A stretch of DNA of 64,000 bases from an uncultured Gammaproteobacteria bacterium (GCA_963759075.1 CAVWXZ010000018.1:49278-113277), one strand, 5' to 3'; shown: positions 34,945 through 45,415, counted from the first letter of the stretch. The notes: a model not told the origin generated them from the letters alone. A program made the numbers and translations.

Positions 34945-35706
34945 GTGAGCACCGAGACTCTCTACGACAGCATTGGGCAAGGCTACTCATCCGGCCGCCA
35001 ATCAGACCCGCGTATTGCGAGTCAAATTCACGGTTTTCTTGCCGGTGCCCAATCAATCCTGAATCTAGGCGCTGGGGCCGGGTCGTATGAGCCACCGCAG
35101 GCGAACCTGGTTGCAGTTGAACCATCCGAGACCATGATAAGGCAACGGCCGCGCTCTGCGCATAGGGTGGTCAGGGCCTTTGCCGAATCGCTGCCGTTCG
35201 CGGACAGTTCTTTCTCACACTGCATGTCAGTCCTGTCGATGCACCACTGGACTAATCGACAAGCTGCCTTCAGGGAAATCCTGCGCGTCACACGAGACCA
35301 ACTCGTCGTAGTCACATGGGACCCGAACGCCGAGGGCTTCTGGCTCACTCGCGACTACTTCCCTGAAATCTATCAAATTGACAAAGACATTTTTCCACCA
35401 TTGGCCGAGTTTGCACGCGCCTTCGGCGAGATTCAGGTCGTAACGCTGCCGATACCGGCGACCTGCACTGACGGGTTCACGGGTGCATACTGGCGCCGAC
35501 CCGACGCCTATCTCGACCGTGGGATTCTCGAGCGCATGTCTACGTTCGCGAAGATTTCCGACACTGAGACCGGCCTGGCTCAGTTACAGCGAGATCTGCG
35601 AACGGGCGAATGGTTAAGACGAAACGTTGACCTGCTGGACAAAGAAGAGCTTGATATCGGATATCGAATCGTTCTTGCGAGAATGTCCGACAAGGCCGTT
35701 AAATGA
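34945..35706 (+). CDS. class I SAM-dependent methyltransferase
   Basis: GTG start after GAGGA. Motif I: ILNLGAGAGSY. Also LPFADSSFSHCMSVLSMHHW. Confidence 0.7.
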   Translation: MSTETLYDSIGQGYSSGRQSDPRIASQIHGFLAGAQSILNLGAGAGSYEPPQANLVAVEPSETMIRQRPRSAHRVVRAFAESLPFADSSFSHCMSVLSMHHWTNRQAAFREILRVTRDQLVVVTWDPNAEGFWLTRDYFPEIYQIDKDIFPPLAEFARAFGEIQVVTLPIPATCTDGFTGAYWRRPDAYLDRGILERMSTFAKISDTETGLAQLQRDLRTGEWLRRNVDLLDKEELDIGYRIVLARMSDKAVK

Positions 35707-35870
35707 CGGCCGTATCGGAGCATTCGTTGAGATTATGAAGTATTTGTCTACTGATCTGTACTCAGGAGATTGAATGTTGTCAACTCGCAGTGTTTTGACA
35801 TCAAACTACGATTATTTATTGGTTTTTCGTTGCCTCGTCTGCTGATGCGTGCTGTCAAACACACCATTGG

Positions 35871-36278
35871 ATGTCTGATATGAAACAATCCCTGGGTTTG
35901 ACGGCACTGGTAGTTCGCGACTACGACGAGGCTATTGCCTTTTATACCGAGATGCTCGGTTTCGAACTACTCGAAGATACTCCGGTACCAGAGCAGAAAA
36001 AGCGCTGGGTTGTGGTTGCGCCACCGGGGGCGCGTGAATCTCGTCTGTTGCTGGCGCGCGCGGTGGGGGATGAACAGTCCTCCCGGATCGGCAATCAAAC
36101 AGGTGGCCGGGTATTCCTGTTTCTCTATACCGATGATTTCTGGCGAGATTACAACGCATACACCGGGCGTGGCATCGTCTTTGTTCGCCAACCAAGCAAA
36201 GAAAGCTATGGCACAGTAGCGGTGTTTGAGGACCTGTATGGCAATCTCTGGGACCTGGTCCAACTCGGGGCCGCATAG
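35871..36278 (+). CDS. VOC/glyoxalase-family protein, 135 aa
   Basis: LTALVVRDYDEAIAFYTEMLGFELLEDT..RVFLFLYTDDFWRDY..YGTVAVFEDLYGNLWDLVQ. Confidence 0.7.
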   Translation: MSDMKQSLGLTALVVRDYDEAIAFYTEMLGFELLEDTPVPEQKKRWVVVAPPGARESRLLLARAVGDEQSSRIGNQTGGRVFLFLYTDDFWRDYNAYTGRGIVFVRQPSKESYGTVAVFEDLYGNLWDLVQLGAA

Positions 36279-36528
36279 TTGCCATGCCGGCTCGTTTAAA
36301 CAGGACGTCAAATCCGTTCTGCAATCTGCGGGCCACCGCTGACAAGCTGAGTATCGGTGCAACAAAACCAGGGCGCCTTGTCTGGTCAACTACTCTACCG
36401 GGCTATGTTATTGTTAGGAAATCGGGTAGACACGAAACTCGCTGCACACATACTTTTACCTGATGATATTTCCGGCGCCTGTTGCGACCGGCATGGAAAT
36501 CTGCTTCCCCACCTGAGGCCAGACCAGC

Positions 36529-37491
36529 ATGAAAGCACCCGATACCCCGGCAGACGAGAGAACAAGACTTGAGACGCTTCGCTCGCTGAATCTTCTTGAT
36601 ACGGCGCCGGAAGAGCGCTTTGATCGGTTGACCCGGCTGGCCAGACGGATGTTTGGCGTGCCGATATCACTGGTCAGCATCGTGGACAGCGACCGTCAGT
36701 GGTTCAAGTCCAAGCAGGGCCTCGAGGCCGACGAGACACCGCGGGATATTTCCTTTTGTGGGCACGCAATTCTGGGCGACGAGATTCTCATGATTCCCGA
36801 TGCGCTCAAAGATGAGAGGTTTGCAGACAACCCGCTGGTCGTCAACGCGCCGAATATTCGTTTTTATGCGGGCTGTCCTCTTACAGTTCTTAACGGCAGC
36901 AAGCTGGGGACGCTTTGCCTGATCGATCGCGAGCCGCGGAAATTCACCGAGGAAGATCTTGGCTTACTCAGAGATCTGGCGACCATGGCAGAACAGGAGA
37001 TTGCCGCGGTACAGCTCGCCACCCTGGATGAACTTACCCTCATCTCGAACCGACGCGGGTTTACCGCTCTCGCCCAGCACACACTGAACGTATGCCACAG
37101 GAAGAACATGCCCGCGACCTTGCTCGCTTTTGACCTCGATGGATTCAAGGAGATTAATGATCGCTACGGCCACGCGGAGGGGGACAAAGCCCTGGTTGCC
37201 TTCGCCGAGCAGATGCGCAATGTCTTTCGTGATTCGGATGTTTTTGCCAGAACCGGTGGCGATGAGTTTGTTGCATTACTCACCGACACAGACAGAACTA
37301 AGATTGACGTCGTCATTGCACGATTCGAAAAGGCCATGGACACATACAATAAAGAAGCAAAGCGCGGCTATGACATCAGATACAGCATTGGCCAGGTCGA
37401 CTACATACCGGACGATAATGAATCGATAGAGCGGCTCCTCGAAAAAGCTGACTCAAGGATGTATCAACACAAGAGGGCACAGGCACGTTAA
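36529..37491 (+). CDS. GAF-domain diguanylate cyclase (GGDEF)
   Basis: GAF-like N-terminal half (RLARRMFGVPISLVSIVDSDRQWFKS..FYAGCPL), then NRRGF..DLDGFKEINDRYGHAEGD..ARTGGDEFVALL. Confidence 0.8.
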   Translation: MKAPDTPADERTRLETLRSLNLLDTAPEERFDRLTRLARRMFGVPISLVSIVDSDRQWFKSKQGLEADETPRDISFCGHAILGDEILMIPDALKDERFADNPLVVNAPNIRFYAGCPLTVLNGSKLGTLCLIDREPRKFTEEDLGLLRDLATMAEQEIAAVQLATLDELTLISNRRGFTALAQHTLNVCHRKNMPATLLAFDLDGFKEINDRYGHAEGDKALVAFAEQMRNVFRDSDVFARTGGDEFVALLTDTDRTKIDVVIARFEKAMDTYNKEAKRGYDIRYSIGQVDYIPDDNESIERLLEKADSRMYQHKRAQAR

Positions 37492-38402
37492 TGGCTTTGG
37501 CAGTTACCGTACAGATTCTTGTGCCCTTACTGCTGGTCGGTGTCATTGCGTTTACACGACAACCGGGCCGGTTGCGATGGCTCGGGACGGTAGTGGCCTT
37601 CGGGATGGTGATCTCGTATCTCCTGGTCAGCGCGCGCTGGGATTTGTCCAGCGTGTATATGCGACCGATGATTGTCATGCTTTTCATCGCTGCAGGCTTT
37701 GTGGGCTACCGGAGGATTCGAAAACCCGAAACTAAAGCAGGGATTTTTCAGTCCCTGGTGTTTTGGACAATCACCCTGTCCCTCATGATCCTGATGTCCG
37801 GGTTTCTCTGGTTCTCGCTGCGCGGATTTTTCAAGCCTGACGGGGCAGTGGATCTCGCCTCCCCATTGCAGGGCCGCCACCTCGTATTGAACGGCGGCGC
37901 CAGCCCGTTTACCAATGCTCATTTCAGAATCAGGCCGCAAGACTACGCTCTGGACATCATCGGCGTAAACGCATTTGGTGGGCGTGCCGTGCTGTCCGGC
38001 GATCCTCGCAACCTGGAGACCTACGTCATCTACGGGCAGCCTGTGTTCAGCCCGTGTGATGGAAAAATCACTGTCATGGTTGATGATAAACCTGACCTGG
38101 TTCCACCGGAACGAGATACAGAGAATCTCGCCGGCAATCATATTCTTATCGAATGCGATGACTATGAGGTACTTATGGCCCACCTGATGCAAGGCAGCGT
38201 GCGGGTGCAGGTCAATGAGCAAGTAGTCATCGGCACTCCCCTCGGGAGGGTTGGTAATTCAGGCAATACAAGCGAACCGCACTTGCATATTCATGCGGAG
38301 CGCGGGGGCGAACCCGGCATCATTCTTAATGGAACGGCCGTCCCTATTACGATAGGTGGTCGATTTCTGGTCAGGAATAATGTCTTTGGGAACCACCTGT
38401 AG
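37491..38402 (+). CDS. membrane-anchored M23 (LytM-type) metallopeptidase
   Basis: Four N-terminal TM helices, then NHILIECDD (HxxxD) and GNSGNTSEPHLHIH (HxH). The ATG shares one base with the GGDEF gene stop (TAATG). Confidence 0.75.
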   Translation: MALAVTVQILVPLLLVGVIAFTRQPGRLRWLGTVVAFGMVISYLLVSARWDLSSVYMRPMIVMLFIAAGFVGYRRIRKPETKAGIFQSLVFWTITLSLMILMSGFLWFSLRGFFKPDGAVDLASPLQGRHLVLNGGASPFTNAHFRIRPQDYALDIIGVNAFGGRAVLSGDPRNLETYVIYGQPVFSPCDGKITVMVDDKPDLVPPERDTENLAGNHILIECDDYEVLMAHLMQGSVRVQVNEQVVIGTPLGRVGNSGNTSEPHLHIHAERGGEPGIILNGTAVPITIGGRFLVRNNVFGNHL

Positions 38403-38501
38403 TGACTTTGGCAGTGTACTCTCTGTCGCGGCCCGTTCTCGTTCCGATAGACAGGTACGCGATGGGCCTATGTAGCGCGTTTATGACATTGTAAGGCGAC
38501 G

Positions 38502-39011
38502 ATGCCGCTATTGTGGCCCGCTGCCAACGGCGACGGCTGTAACCTGGCGGTGAAACGCCACACGGCATTGTCAGATTTGAGCAGACAGGTTCACGAATCT
38601 GAAGGCGAGAGCACTTTGAACATACTTGCAGGCATCGTGGTTTCAATCGCAGGCATGTACCTGGTGGGATTGGCGATGGCCAGTTTCTTTTTGCCTTCCT
38701 TGTCGGTGCGTTTTCTGGAAGCTTTTGCCAGTTCTGCCCGCGCGCATTACCTGGAACAGTTTGTGCGCCTGGTGGTTGGCACCGCCCTGGTATTGTTTTC
38801 GCCAATGATGAACTATGCGGAAGTATTCCATGGTTTCGGTTGGCTCATCATTGTAACGACATTTGGTCTGCTGCTCATACCATGGCAGTGGCATCACAGA
38901 TTCGGTCAGTGGGCGATTCCGCTGGCGGTTAAGAACCTGAAGCTATTTGCTGTTGGCGCCCTGCTGCTGGGTGTTTTCATATTTTACGGCCTGGCCCGCG
39001 CGATCGTCTGA
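38502..39011 (+). CDS. membrane protein, unknown function
   Basis: Four hydrophobic helices from LNILAGIVVSIAGMYLV onwards. The real start is probably near TTG 38616. Confidence 0.45.
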   Translation: MPLLWPAANGDGCNLAVKRHTALSDLSRQVHESEGESTLNILAGIVVSIAGMYLVGLAMASFFLPSLSVRFLEAFASSARAHYLEQFVRLVVGTALVLFSPMMNYAEVFHGFGWLIIVTTFGLLLIPWQWHHRFGQWAIPLAVKNLKLFAVGALLLGVFIFYGLARAIV

Positions 39012-39094
39012 ATGTGCCTGCCGTGCCCTTCCTGCCGGAGTATCCAGGGCCTGGCGACCGCTTTTGATGATTCGCCCTGTCGTATACTAGGGGG

Positions 39095-39547
39095 ATGAAA
39101 ATCTGGGTCGACGCTGATGCCTGCCCCGCTGTGATCAAAGACATTTTGTTCAGGGCGGCCGAGCGCACAAAGACGGAGCTTACGCTGGTTGCCAATCAGT
39201 CACTCAGCACGCCGCCCTCGCGCTACATCAGCATGCTGCGTGTTGGCGCAGGCTTTGATGTTGCGGACAACGAGATAGTAAAGCGACTGAGCGCAGGAGA
39301 CCTTGTGGTCACGGGAGATATCCCGCTGGCCGCGGAAGTAATCGAAAAAGGCGGTTCGGCGCTGAATCCGCGCGGTGAATTGTACTCGACAGAAAATGTC
39401 AGGTCGCTGCTGAATATGCGGGACTTTATGGATACGATGCGAGCCAGCGGTATGGCCACAGGCGGCCCGCCGGCGCTGAACCAGCGGGATCGAAAGTCCT
39501 TTGCTGACAAGCTGGACAGCCTGCTTTGCAAGGCGTCGCAGGACTGA
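39095..39547 (+). CDS. YaiI/YqxD family protein (UPF0178/DUF188)
   Basis: [56 protein letters not shown]. Confidence 0.8.
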   Translation: MKIWVDADACPAVIKDILFRAAERTKTELTLVANQSLSTPPSRYISMLRVGAGFDVADNEIVKRLSAGDLVVTGDIPLAAEVIEKGGSALNPRGELYSTENVRSLLNMRDFMDTMRASGMATGGPPALNQRDRKSFADKLDSLLCKASQD

Positions 39548-39614
39548 TTGAGCACAGCCAGACTATCTGGTTGATCTTTTCAAGAAACGTTACTCAGAAC
39601 GAAGGGCTGAACTG

Positions 39615-40241
39615 ATGACCTCTGGTTATGATGCGCTGGAACGCCTGAAGGCGGGCAATCAAAGATATGTTGACGAAGTTCGGCGACATGCCGCGCGCGC
39701 GACGCAGAAGCGGCGCAACGAGCTTGTGGACGGCCAGAACCCCTTCGCCATCATCCTGGGATGTTCCGACTCAAGGGTGCCGGGCGAGATCGTATTTGAT
39801 CAGGGCCTGGGGGATCTGTTTGTCATTCGTGTGGCCGGAAACATCGTGGCGCCGTCGCAGGTGGGCAGCGTCGAATTTGCGGCGGAGGTGTTTGGTACCC
39901 GGCTTGTGGTTGTACTCGGGCACACGAAGTGTGGTGCCGTCGAGGCTACCGTAGAACAGCTGCAGCAGGATACAGAACATCGTTCACCAAACCTGCGGTC
40001 AATCGTGGACCGAATCCGACCCTCGGTGGAACCACTGATTGAAGGCGGACATCGGTACAGTAAAAACGAACTGTTGGAGCGAGCCATTCGGGCCAACACT
40101 TTCGCTGCAGCTGACGATCTTCGCCACGGTTCGGCTATTCTGGAGAGGCTCATTACTGACGAGGGGCTATTGATTATCCCGGCCGAGTATTCTTTGGAAA
40201 CCGGCGTTGTGGAATTCTTTGAAGACAGGCGGCAAAAATGA
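39615..40241 (+). CDS. beta-class carbonic anhydrase
   Basis: LKAGNQRYV..PFAIILGCSDSRVPGEIVFDQGLGDLFVIRVAGN..VVLGHTKCGAV (zinc ligands C, H, C). Confidence 0.85.
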   Translation: MTSGYDALERLKAGNQRYVDEVRRHAARATQKRRNELVDGQNPFAIILGCSDSRVPGEIVFDQGLGDLFVIRVAGNIVAPSQVGSVEFAAEVFGTRLVVVLGHTKCGAVEATVEQLQQDTEHRSPNLRSIVDRIRPSVEPLIEGGHRYSKNELLERAIRANTFAAADDLRHGSAILERLITDEGLLIIPAEYSLETGVVEFFEDRRQK

Positions 40242-40984
40242 CCTGGCTGCTTATCTTTCTGGTTTACGGGCTCGCCCTTTCAATTGCGCTGGGAAGAGCG
40301 GGCTACCGGGGCGCAGTCGACAGCTCCACTGGCGAGTCGCTCAGCCCTCCGAAAAGTATTCTCGTAATTGGAGCAACCGGTGGAACCGGTCGCGAGCTTG
40401 TCTCGCAGGCACTGGAGCGAGGACTACAGGTTACGGCGCTCGCCCGGGACCCAACCCGACTGCAGATCGATCACCCCAATCTTTCTGTAGTACAGGGTGA
40501 CGTTCTGGACGCTCCGTCGATACAGGCCGCGATGCGCGGTCAGGACGCAGTGATATCGGCACTCGGACACAAGCGTTTTTTCATGCCGACCCGTATTCTC
40601 TCAGGGGGCACTGGCAACGTTCTGGCGGCGATGGACACTCACGGCGTCAAGCGTTTTGTGTGTGAAACGAGCCTGGGTATCGGGAGCAGTGCGGGGCGTA
40701 TGGGTTTGTACTACACCTTTTTTGTGATTCCGGTAATTCTTCCGTTTTATTTCTGGGACAAGACGCGTCAGGAACGAATCATCTCGCAGAGCAACGCCGA
40801 ATGGACGCTGGTCAGGCCGGGCGCGCTGACTGACGGAGAGGGTCGCCGCGTATATCGCGAAGGGCCCAAGATTGGCAGCCTCCTCACCACTGTACGCATA
40901 TCAAGATCCGACGTTGCGAGTTTTATGCTCAATCAGCTGTTTACCGACACCTGGCGACGTGCTGCGCCCGGCGTCTGCTGGTAA
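40238..40984 (+). CDS. NAD(P)H-binding (atypical SDR, NmrA/BVR-B-like) protein with N-terminal TM
   Basis: ILVIGATGGTGRELVSQALERGLQVTALARDP. The ATG overlaps the carbonic anhydrase stop (ATGA). Confidence 0.7.
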   Translation: MTWLLIFLVYGLALSIALGRAGYRGAVDSSTGESLSPPKSILVIGATGGTGRELVSQALERGLQVTALARDPTRLQIDHPNLSVVQGDVLDAPSIQAAMRGQDAVISALGHKRFFMPTRILSGGTGNVLAAMDTHGVKRFVCETSLGIGSSAGRMGLYYTFFVIPVILPFYFWDKTRQERIISQSNAEWTLVRPGALTDGEGRRVYREGPKIGSLLTTVRISRSDVASFMLNQLFTDTWRRAAPGVCW

Positions 40985-41203
40985 TACAAAGCAAAGGCGT
41001 CAGCTTCAGGGCGTACGGACCAACAGGCACCTGCAGATTGTCTGCCGGGGGGAACGGCGCACCGTCAAAGGTTTTGGAGAAGGACCGGCCTTGCTATGTA
41101 TAGCTACCCGATTCACCACAAGACTGTCCCTTCTTATTCAGTGTAATCATGCGGGGCACGGCCGCAAGGTGCCTTCCTGCCCGGGATCGGGGATAATATC
41201 CCG

Positions 41204-42046
41204 ATGACCGCCCCTGACTATTCTCACTATTCGTTTCGGCAACTCTATGAAGCGCTTAATGGTGTTCGTGGCGACCTGTATCCTGAAGTACTTAACGCGC
41301 TCGAAGCTGAGATTACCAAGCGCCATGATGTGCCGAAGGCGGATCTTGAGGAAGCGTACTTCTTGCTTGATCACGCCAAGTACCCGGAACACCAGCAACG
41401 ACTGGCAGATCTGGTGGCTGCGCGAGGCGGCTTCGATTCAATCGCCCCCGAGGTTGTAAACGAAGACAACAAATACCATACGGGCTGGCGCCGCTTCTGG
41501 GCCCTGCTCTTTGACACTTTGATTGGCCTGCTCGTACTCGGTGTGTGCACCTTGCCATTACTCAAGCAGGCGCAGGGTGACGTCGTAATGACGACGTTTA
41601 TCAATCTCGGCTCCCAGTTGCTCATGCTTTGTTACTTCATCCTGATGCATGCGACCTTTGGCCAAACGCTTGGCAAGATGATTACCGGTGTGAAAGTCGT
41701 GCGCAATGCAGATGAAGGCCCAATCAGTTTTTTGCGTGCCCTGCTGCGTGACCTGGTGCCCCTCATGCTGCTGGCTGCTGCCGTATTCATGCTCCCTCAC
41801 TCGGATATCATCGTCACCTCCGGCAAGAAAGTGGCGCTGCAGCCGCCCGCTATGCTTGGGATCGTATCGATGCTGAGCTTTCTCTGGGGTCTTATGGAAA
41901 TTGTGACCTTTTTGTTCAATAAAAGGCGACGGGCTGTACATGACCTCATTGCCGGCACAGTCGTGATTCGCTATCTTCGCTTGTCATCCACCGCCGCTCA
42001 TGATCTGGCCGCGCCCCTGCGGACAAGTGTCCCCACCCATGAATAG
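41204..42046 (+). CDS. RDD-family membrane protein
   Basis: WRRFWALLFDTLIGLLVL ... FGQTLGKMITGVKVV ... RRAVHDLIAGTVVI. Confidence 0.65.
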   Translation: MTAPDYSHYSFRQLYEALNGVRGDLYPEVLNALEAEITKRHDVPKADLEEAYFLLDHAKYPEHQQRLADLVAARGGFDSIAPEVVNEDNKYHTGWRRFWALLFDTLIGLLVLGVCTLPLLKQAQGDVVMTTFINLGSQLLMLCYFILMHATFGQTLGKMITGVKVVRNADEGPISFLRALLRDLVPLMLLAAAVFMLPHSDIIVTSGKKVALQPPAMLGIVSMLSFLWGLMEIVTFLFNKRRRAVHDLIAGTVVIRYLRLSSTAAHDLAAPLRTSVPTHE

Positions 42047-42446
42047 TCCTGAGATATTGCTTGTTTACGACAAGCAATGTCCGGCCTGTGATTTCTATTG
42101 CGGCCTGGCGCGTATCAGGGATTCTGTCGGAACGCTCGTTTTGGTTGATGCGAGACAGGGTGGCCCTGTCATCGATGAAATCACGGCCGCCGGATTCGAT
42201 ATCGACCAGGGCATGGTCCTTAAAATGGGCGACCAGCTCTACTACGGATCTGACGCCATACACATGCTCTCGCTGCTCAGCACCCGCTCCGGCCTCTTTA
42301 ACAAGCTGACTTACTGGACCTTTCGTTCCCGCTCTATATCAGGCATCTTGTATCCGATTCTGAGAGCGGGCAGGAATTTGCTATTGAAACTGCTTCGAAA
42401 AACCAAAATAAACAACCTTGGACGAGAGGGTCAGGAGAGGTTTTAG
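42039..42446 (+). CDS. DCC1-like thiol-disulfide oxidoreductase (DUF393)
   Basis: Start at MNSPEILLVYDKQCPACDFY (CxxC). It overlaps the RDD gene end by 8 nt. Confidence 0.6.
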   Translation: MNSPEILLVYDKQCPACDFYCGLARIRDSVGTLVLVDARQGGPVIDEITAAGFDIDQGMVLKMGDQLYYGSDAIHMLSLLSTRSGLFNKLTYWTFRSRSISGILYPILRAGRNLLLKLLRKTKINNLGREGQERF

Positions 42447-42462
42447 TTTCAGGAGTGTTGGA

Positions 42463-42984
42463 ATGACGACGAAATCGATGTACGACTATCGGTTCCTGCT
42501 CGGTCTGGGTTTGCTGGCCACGCTGGTCTTCGTTTTTGCGACTCGCATCAGCGCCGAGGAGGCGGGTCCACTGTTTGTTAAGGTCTATGCAGGACCGGCC
42601 CTGAACACAGCACGGGAATTCCATAAGGCTGTACAACACAATCTGAAAAAGAAGGTGGATATCCCAGACGAAACGCTCGTGGCATGCGAGCCAGGGAACC
42701 GTTACGGACTTGGGGTCATCGTGAGCGCGCCCGGAAAGCAGACGTTCAGCTTTGAGACCACTGCAATCTGGCGTGATTCGGACCCGGACAAGCCGCCCCG
42801 ACGGTCCTCCCGTGAGCATACTTTACGTAAGAACCAGTATGGGACCCGGCGATTTTTCTTCACCATCCGGGAGAATGGAGTTGATCACGACATGACATTT
42901 ATCGCTCATGTTGGTAAGCAGGTATTCCTTCGCCATAAATTTCTGATTCGCGGCTGCCCGGATGCCGGACGAACTTCCGAGTAG
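42463..42984 (+). CDS. secreted protein of unknown function, 173 aa
   Basis: Start at MTTKSMYDYRFLLGLGLLATLVFVFATRISA (signal peptide). No family recognised. Confidence 0.45.
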   Translation: MTTKSMYDYRFLLGLGLLATLVFVFATRISAEEAGPLFVKVYAGPALNTAREFHKAVQHNLKKKVDIPDETLVACEPGNRYGLGVIVSAPGKQTFSFETTAIWRDSDPDKPPRRSSREHTLRKNQYGTRRFFFTIRENGVDHDMTFIAHVGKQVFLRHKFLIRGCPDAGRTSE

Positions 42985-43026
42985 ATGGAGACTCTGAATG
43001 CATTACCGTTGCGCATGATCTGATTA

Positions 43027-43575
43027 ATGCTTCTCGTTTCCGATAACGGCAGGATCGTACTCCGCGAGCTTTCGCCGGAGGATGCCGGGTTCATACTGGA
43101 GCTGGTTAACGATCCGGATTGGCTGCGCTTTATCGGGGACCGCAACGTCAGCAACCTGACCGAGGCACGCCGTTATATCGAAGATGGACCAGTCAGGAGC
43201 TACCGGAAACATCGGTTCGGGCTGTGGGCGGTGATGCTCAGAGATTCAGGGCTACCAATCGGGCTGTGCGGGTTTTTGCAACGCGAGCAGCTGGAGGCAG
43301 CAGACCTGGGCTTCGCCTTTCTTCCAGCATATCGAAAGCAGGGTTATGCGTTAGAGAGCTGTCAGGCAGCTTTGTCGTATGCGGCCAGCTCGCTCGGGCG
43401 GTCGGGGGTGCTGGCGATTACGTCCCCTGAAAACCAGCGCTCGATTCGGCTGTTGGAGAAGCTTGGCTTTGAGTTTGTACGAACCTTTCTGTTCGAGCAC
43501 GAACAGCGGGCTTCGAACCTGTATCGTAAAGACCTGAGCCAGGCTGAAGCGGCAGCACCTCAACCACTCCCGTAA
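43027..43575 (+). CDS. GNAT-family N-acetyltransferase (RimJ/RimL-like)
   Basis: IVLRELSPEDAGFILELVNDPDWLRFIGDR..IGLCGF..GFAFLPAYRKQGYALES..NQRSIRLLEKLGFEFV. Confidence 0.75.
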   Translation: MLLVSDNGRIVLRELSPEDAGFILELVNDPDWLRFIGDRNVSNLTEARRYIEDGPVRSYRKHRFGLWAVMLRDSGLPIGLCGFLQREQLEAADLGFAFLPAYRKQGYALESCQAALSYAASSLGRSGVLAITSPENQRSIRLLEKLGFEFVRTFLFEHEQRASNLYRKDLSQAEAAAPQPLP

Positions 43576-43593
43576 ACTTTCGAGGTCGTTGCA

Positions 43594-43830
43594 ATGACAG
43601 CAAAGCGATTGCCACTCCCGAAGCGATTCAATGTGGCGATGTCCGACAAGGCCTATGCGGCGCTGCGCAAGCTCAACGTGAAGTACGGCTATGGCAACAA
43701 TTACCTGCTCACTATCCTGCTGGTGAATCTGGAGGAGATCGTAAAACAGCCAGCAATTGAGAAGGTTTTTGCCCAGTTCGCAGCGGAGTTCGGGGCGCCG
43801 GCCGCCGGGCAGATGAAGAGCAAAGGGTAG
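43594..43830 (+). CDS. hypothetical protein, 78 aa
   Basis: Intact ORF with good spacing to its neighbours. No family recognised. Confidence 0.35.
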   Translation: MTAKRLPLPKRFNVAMSDKAYAALRKLNVKYGYGNNYLLTILLVNLEEIVKQPAIEKVFAQFAAEFGAPAAGQMKSKG

Positions 43831-43837
43831 CGTAGGC

Positions 43838-44548
43838 TTGTTCTACTGGGCTACAACGGCCGTTCTGTCACCGATCTTGATTGCTCAGGGCCTTCTGACA
43901 CGCTCGCGGACACCATTGCTACCGGAGCCTGCTGGTGATCGGGTCGGGAGCGAGGGCAGCGGCAAGCTGCTACGCCTGCTGGTCACCGGTGACTCGGCCG
44001 CTGCGGGTGTCGGTGCACGGGACCAGGACGAGGCGCTACTCGGTCAGCTGCGTGAACGGCTGCGCCCTGCGCGGGAACTTGAGTGGTGCCTCATGGCAAA
44101 AACCGGCGCCACCACCTTGTCCACGCGCCGACACCTTGAAACCGTGCCAGCAAGTCAATTTGATGTCGTGGTCACGTCACTCGGGGTCAATGATCTGACC
44201 CGTGGGATGACCATTCGCAGCTGGTTGTCCGGGCAGGCTGAACTCAGGGCGCTCCTGCGGAGTCGTTTCAGCGTCAGGCTGATCGTGGTGTCCGGCCTTC
44301 CGCCGGTGCACCGTTTTCCTGCGCTGCCCCAGCCCCTGCGCTGGCACCTGGGCCGCAGGGCCCGGCAAATGGACCGTGCACTGAGTGCCGAAGTCGCGCG
44401 GGAGGCGGATTGCCTTTTCGTACCGCTGGATATGGATGGCGACAAGGACATGATGGCAAGCGATGGCTTCCATCCCGGGCCTCCCGTCTACAAACTGTGG
44501 GCGGCTCAGGTCGCCGACCTTATCGAGAGAGAATTCCCGCTAGAATAA
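43838..44548 (+). CDS. SGNH/GDSL-family hydrolase
   Basis: Block I: LLVTGDSAAAGVG. Block III: GVNDLT. Block V: DGFHPG. Confidence 0.7.
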   Translation: MFYWATTAVLSPILIAQGLLTRSRTPLLPEPAGDRVGSEGSGKLLRLLVTGDSAAAGVGARDQDEALLGQLRERLRPARELEWCLMAKTGATTLSTRRHLETVPASQFDVVVTSLGVNDLTRGMTIRSWLSGQAELRALLRSRFSVRLIVVSGLPPVHRFPALPQPLRWHLGRRARQMDRALSAEVAREADCLFVPLDMDGDKDMMASDGFHPGPPVYKLWAAQVADLIEREFPLE

Positions 44549-44797
44549 TAGCGGCGGGAGGCCTGCTACCTGGCCCGCCAACTGGTGCCCCATAAACCGA
44601 ATCCGACTGATGGGATTGCTGATGAACAACGACCAGGAAGCAAATGAGCCGGGTGCGTCTTGCGAGATGACCCGGCGACGCAGGTTCGTTAATGCTGCAA
44701 AGGTCGCCGATCCAATTGCCCCCCGCCAAGACTCGTGCACGGGTGAAAGCACGGGCAGCTGCCAATTCGGCATTCGCTATACGAGTGCAGGTTCTCG

Positions 44798-45415
44798 ATG
44801 ACCAGCAAAGCACATTGGGAAAAAGTATACGGCAGCAAATCACCGAAGGAGGTCAGTTGGTACCAGGCTGAGCCAACCGTTTCTCTGGATTTGATTCGCG
44901 CCTCTGGCATCGTTGATGAGGCGCCAATTATCGATGTGGGCGGCGGCGCTTCCGTTCTTGCTGATAGTCTGCTGGATGAGGGATTCAAACACATCACGGT
45001 TCTGGATATTTCCGGTGCGGCGCTGGCCTGCGCCAGAAACCGGATGTTACGAAAGGCGGCGGCTATCAATTGGATCGAAGCCGACGTTACGCAATTCAGC
45101 CCACCGCAGCCATTCGCATTGTGGCATGACCGTGCTGTCTTTCATTTTCTCACCGAGGAAGATGATCGTGAGAAATATGCAGCGGCGCTGCGGCAGGGCC
45201 TGGTGCCCGGCGGGCATCTCATTGTTGCTACGTTCGCCAAAGGCGGGCCGGAACGCTGCAGCGGCCTCGATATCGTGCAGTATGACTCAGACAAGCTCCT
45301 CGGTGTGCTAGGCTCAGACTTTCGGCTCGCAGACCAACGCACAGAGCAGCACCTTACGCCGGGCGGCACGCAGCAAAAGTTCGCCTGGTTTCACCTCACG
45401 CGAGAGGTGGCATAA
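44798..45415 (+). CDS. class I SAM-dependent methyltransferase
   Basis: HWEKVYGSKSPKEVSWYQ..IIDVGGGASVLADSLLDEGFKHITVLDIS. Confidence 0.7.
   Translation: MTSKAHWEKVYGSKSPKEVSWYQAEPTVSLDLIRASGIVDEAPIIDVGGGASVLADSLLDEGFKHITVLDISGAALACARNRMLRKAAAINWIEADVTQFSPPQPFALWHDRAVFHFLTEEDDREKYAAALRQGLVPGGHLIVATFAKGGPERCSGLDIVQYDSDKLLGVLGSDFRLADQRTEQHLTPGGTQQKFAWFHLTREVA

Noticed and set aside
44648-44682. Interleaved complementary segments (GCCGGGT/ACCCGGC and TGCGTC/GACGCA) upstream of the SAM-dependent methyltransferase, considered as a pseudoknot-type SAM/SAH riboswitch.
   Set aside because: With zero-length connecting loops the two helices cannot coexist as an H-type pseudoknot. The sequence does not match the SAH or SAM-II consensus as I remember them. 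A 63-codon ORF also covers the region.
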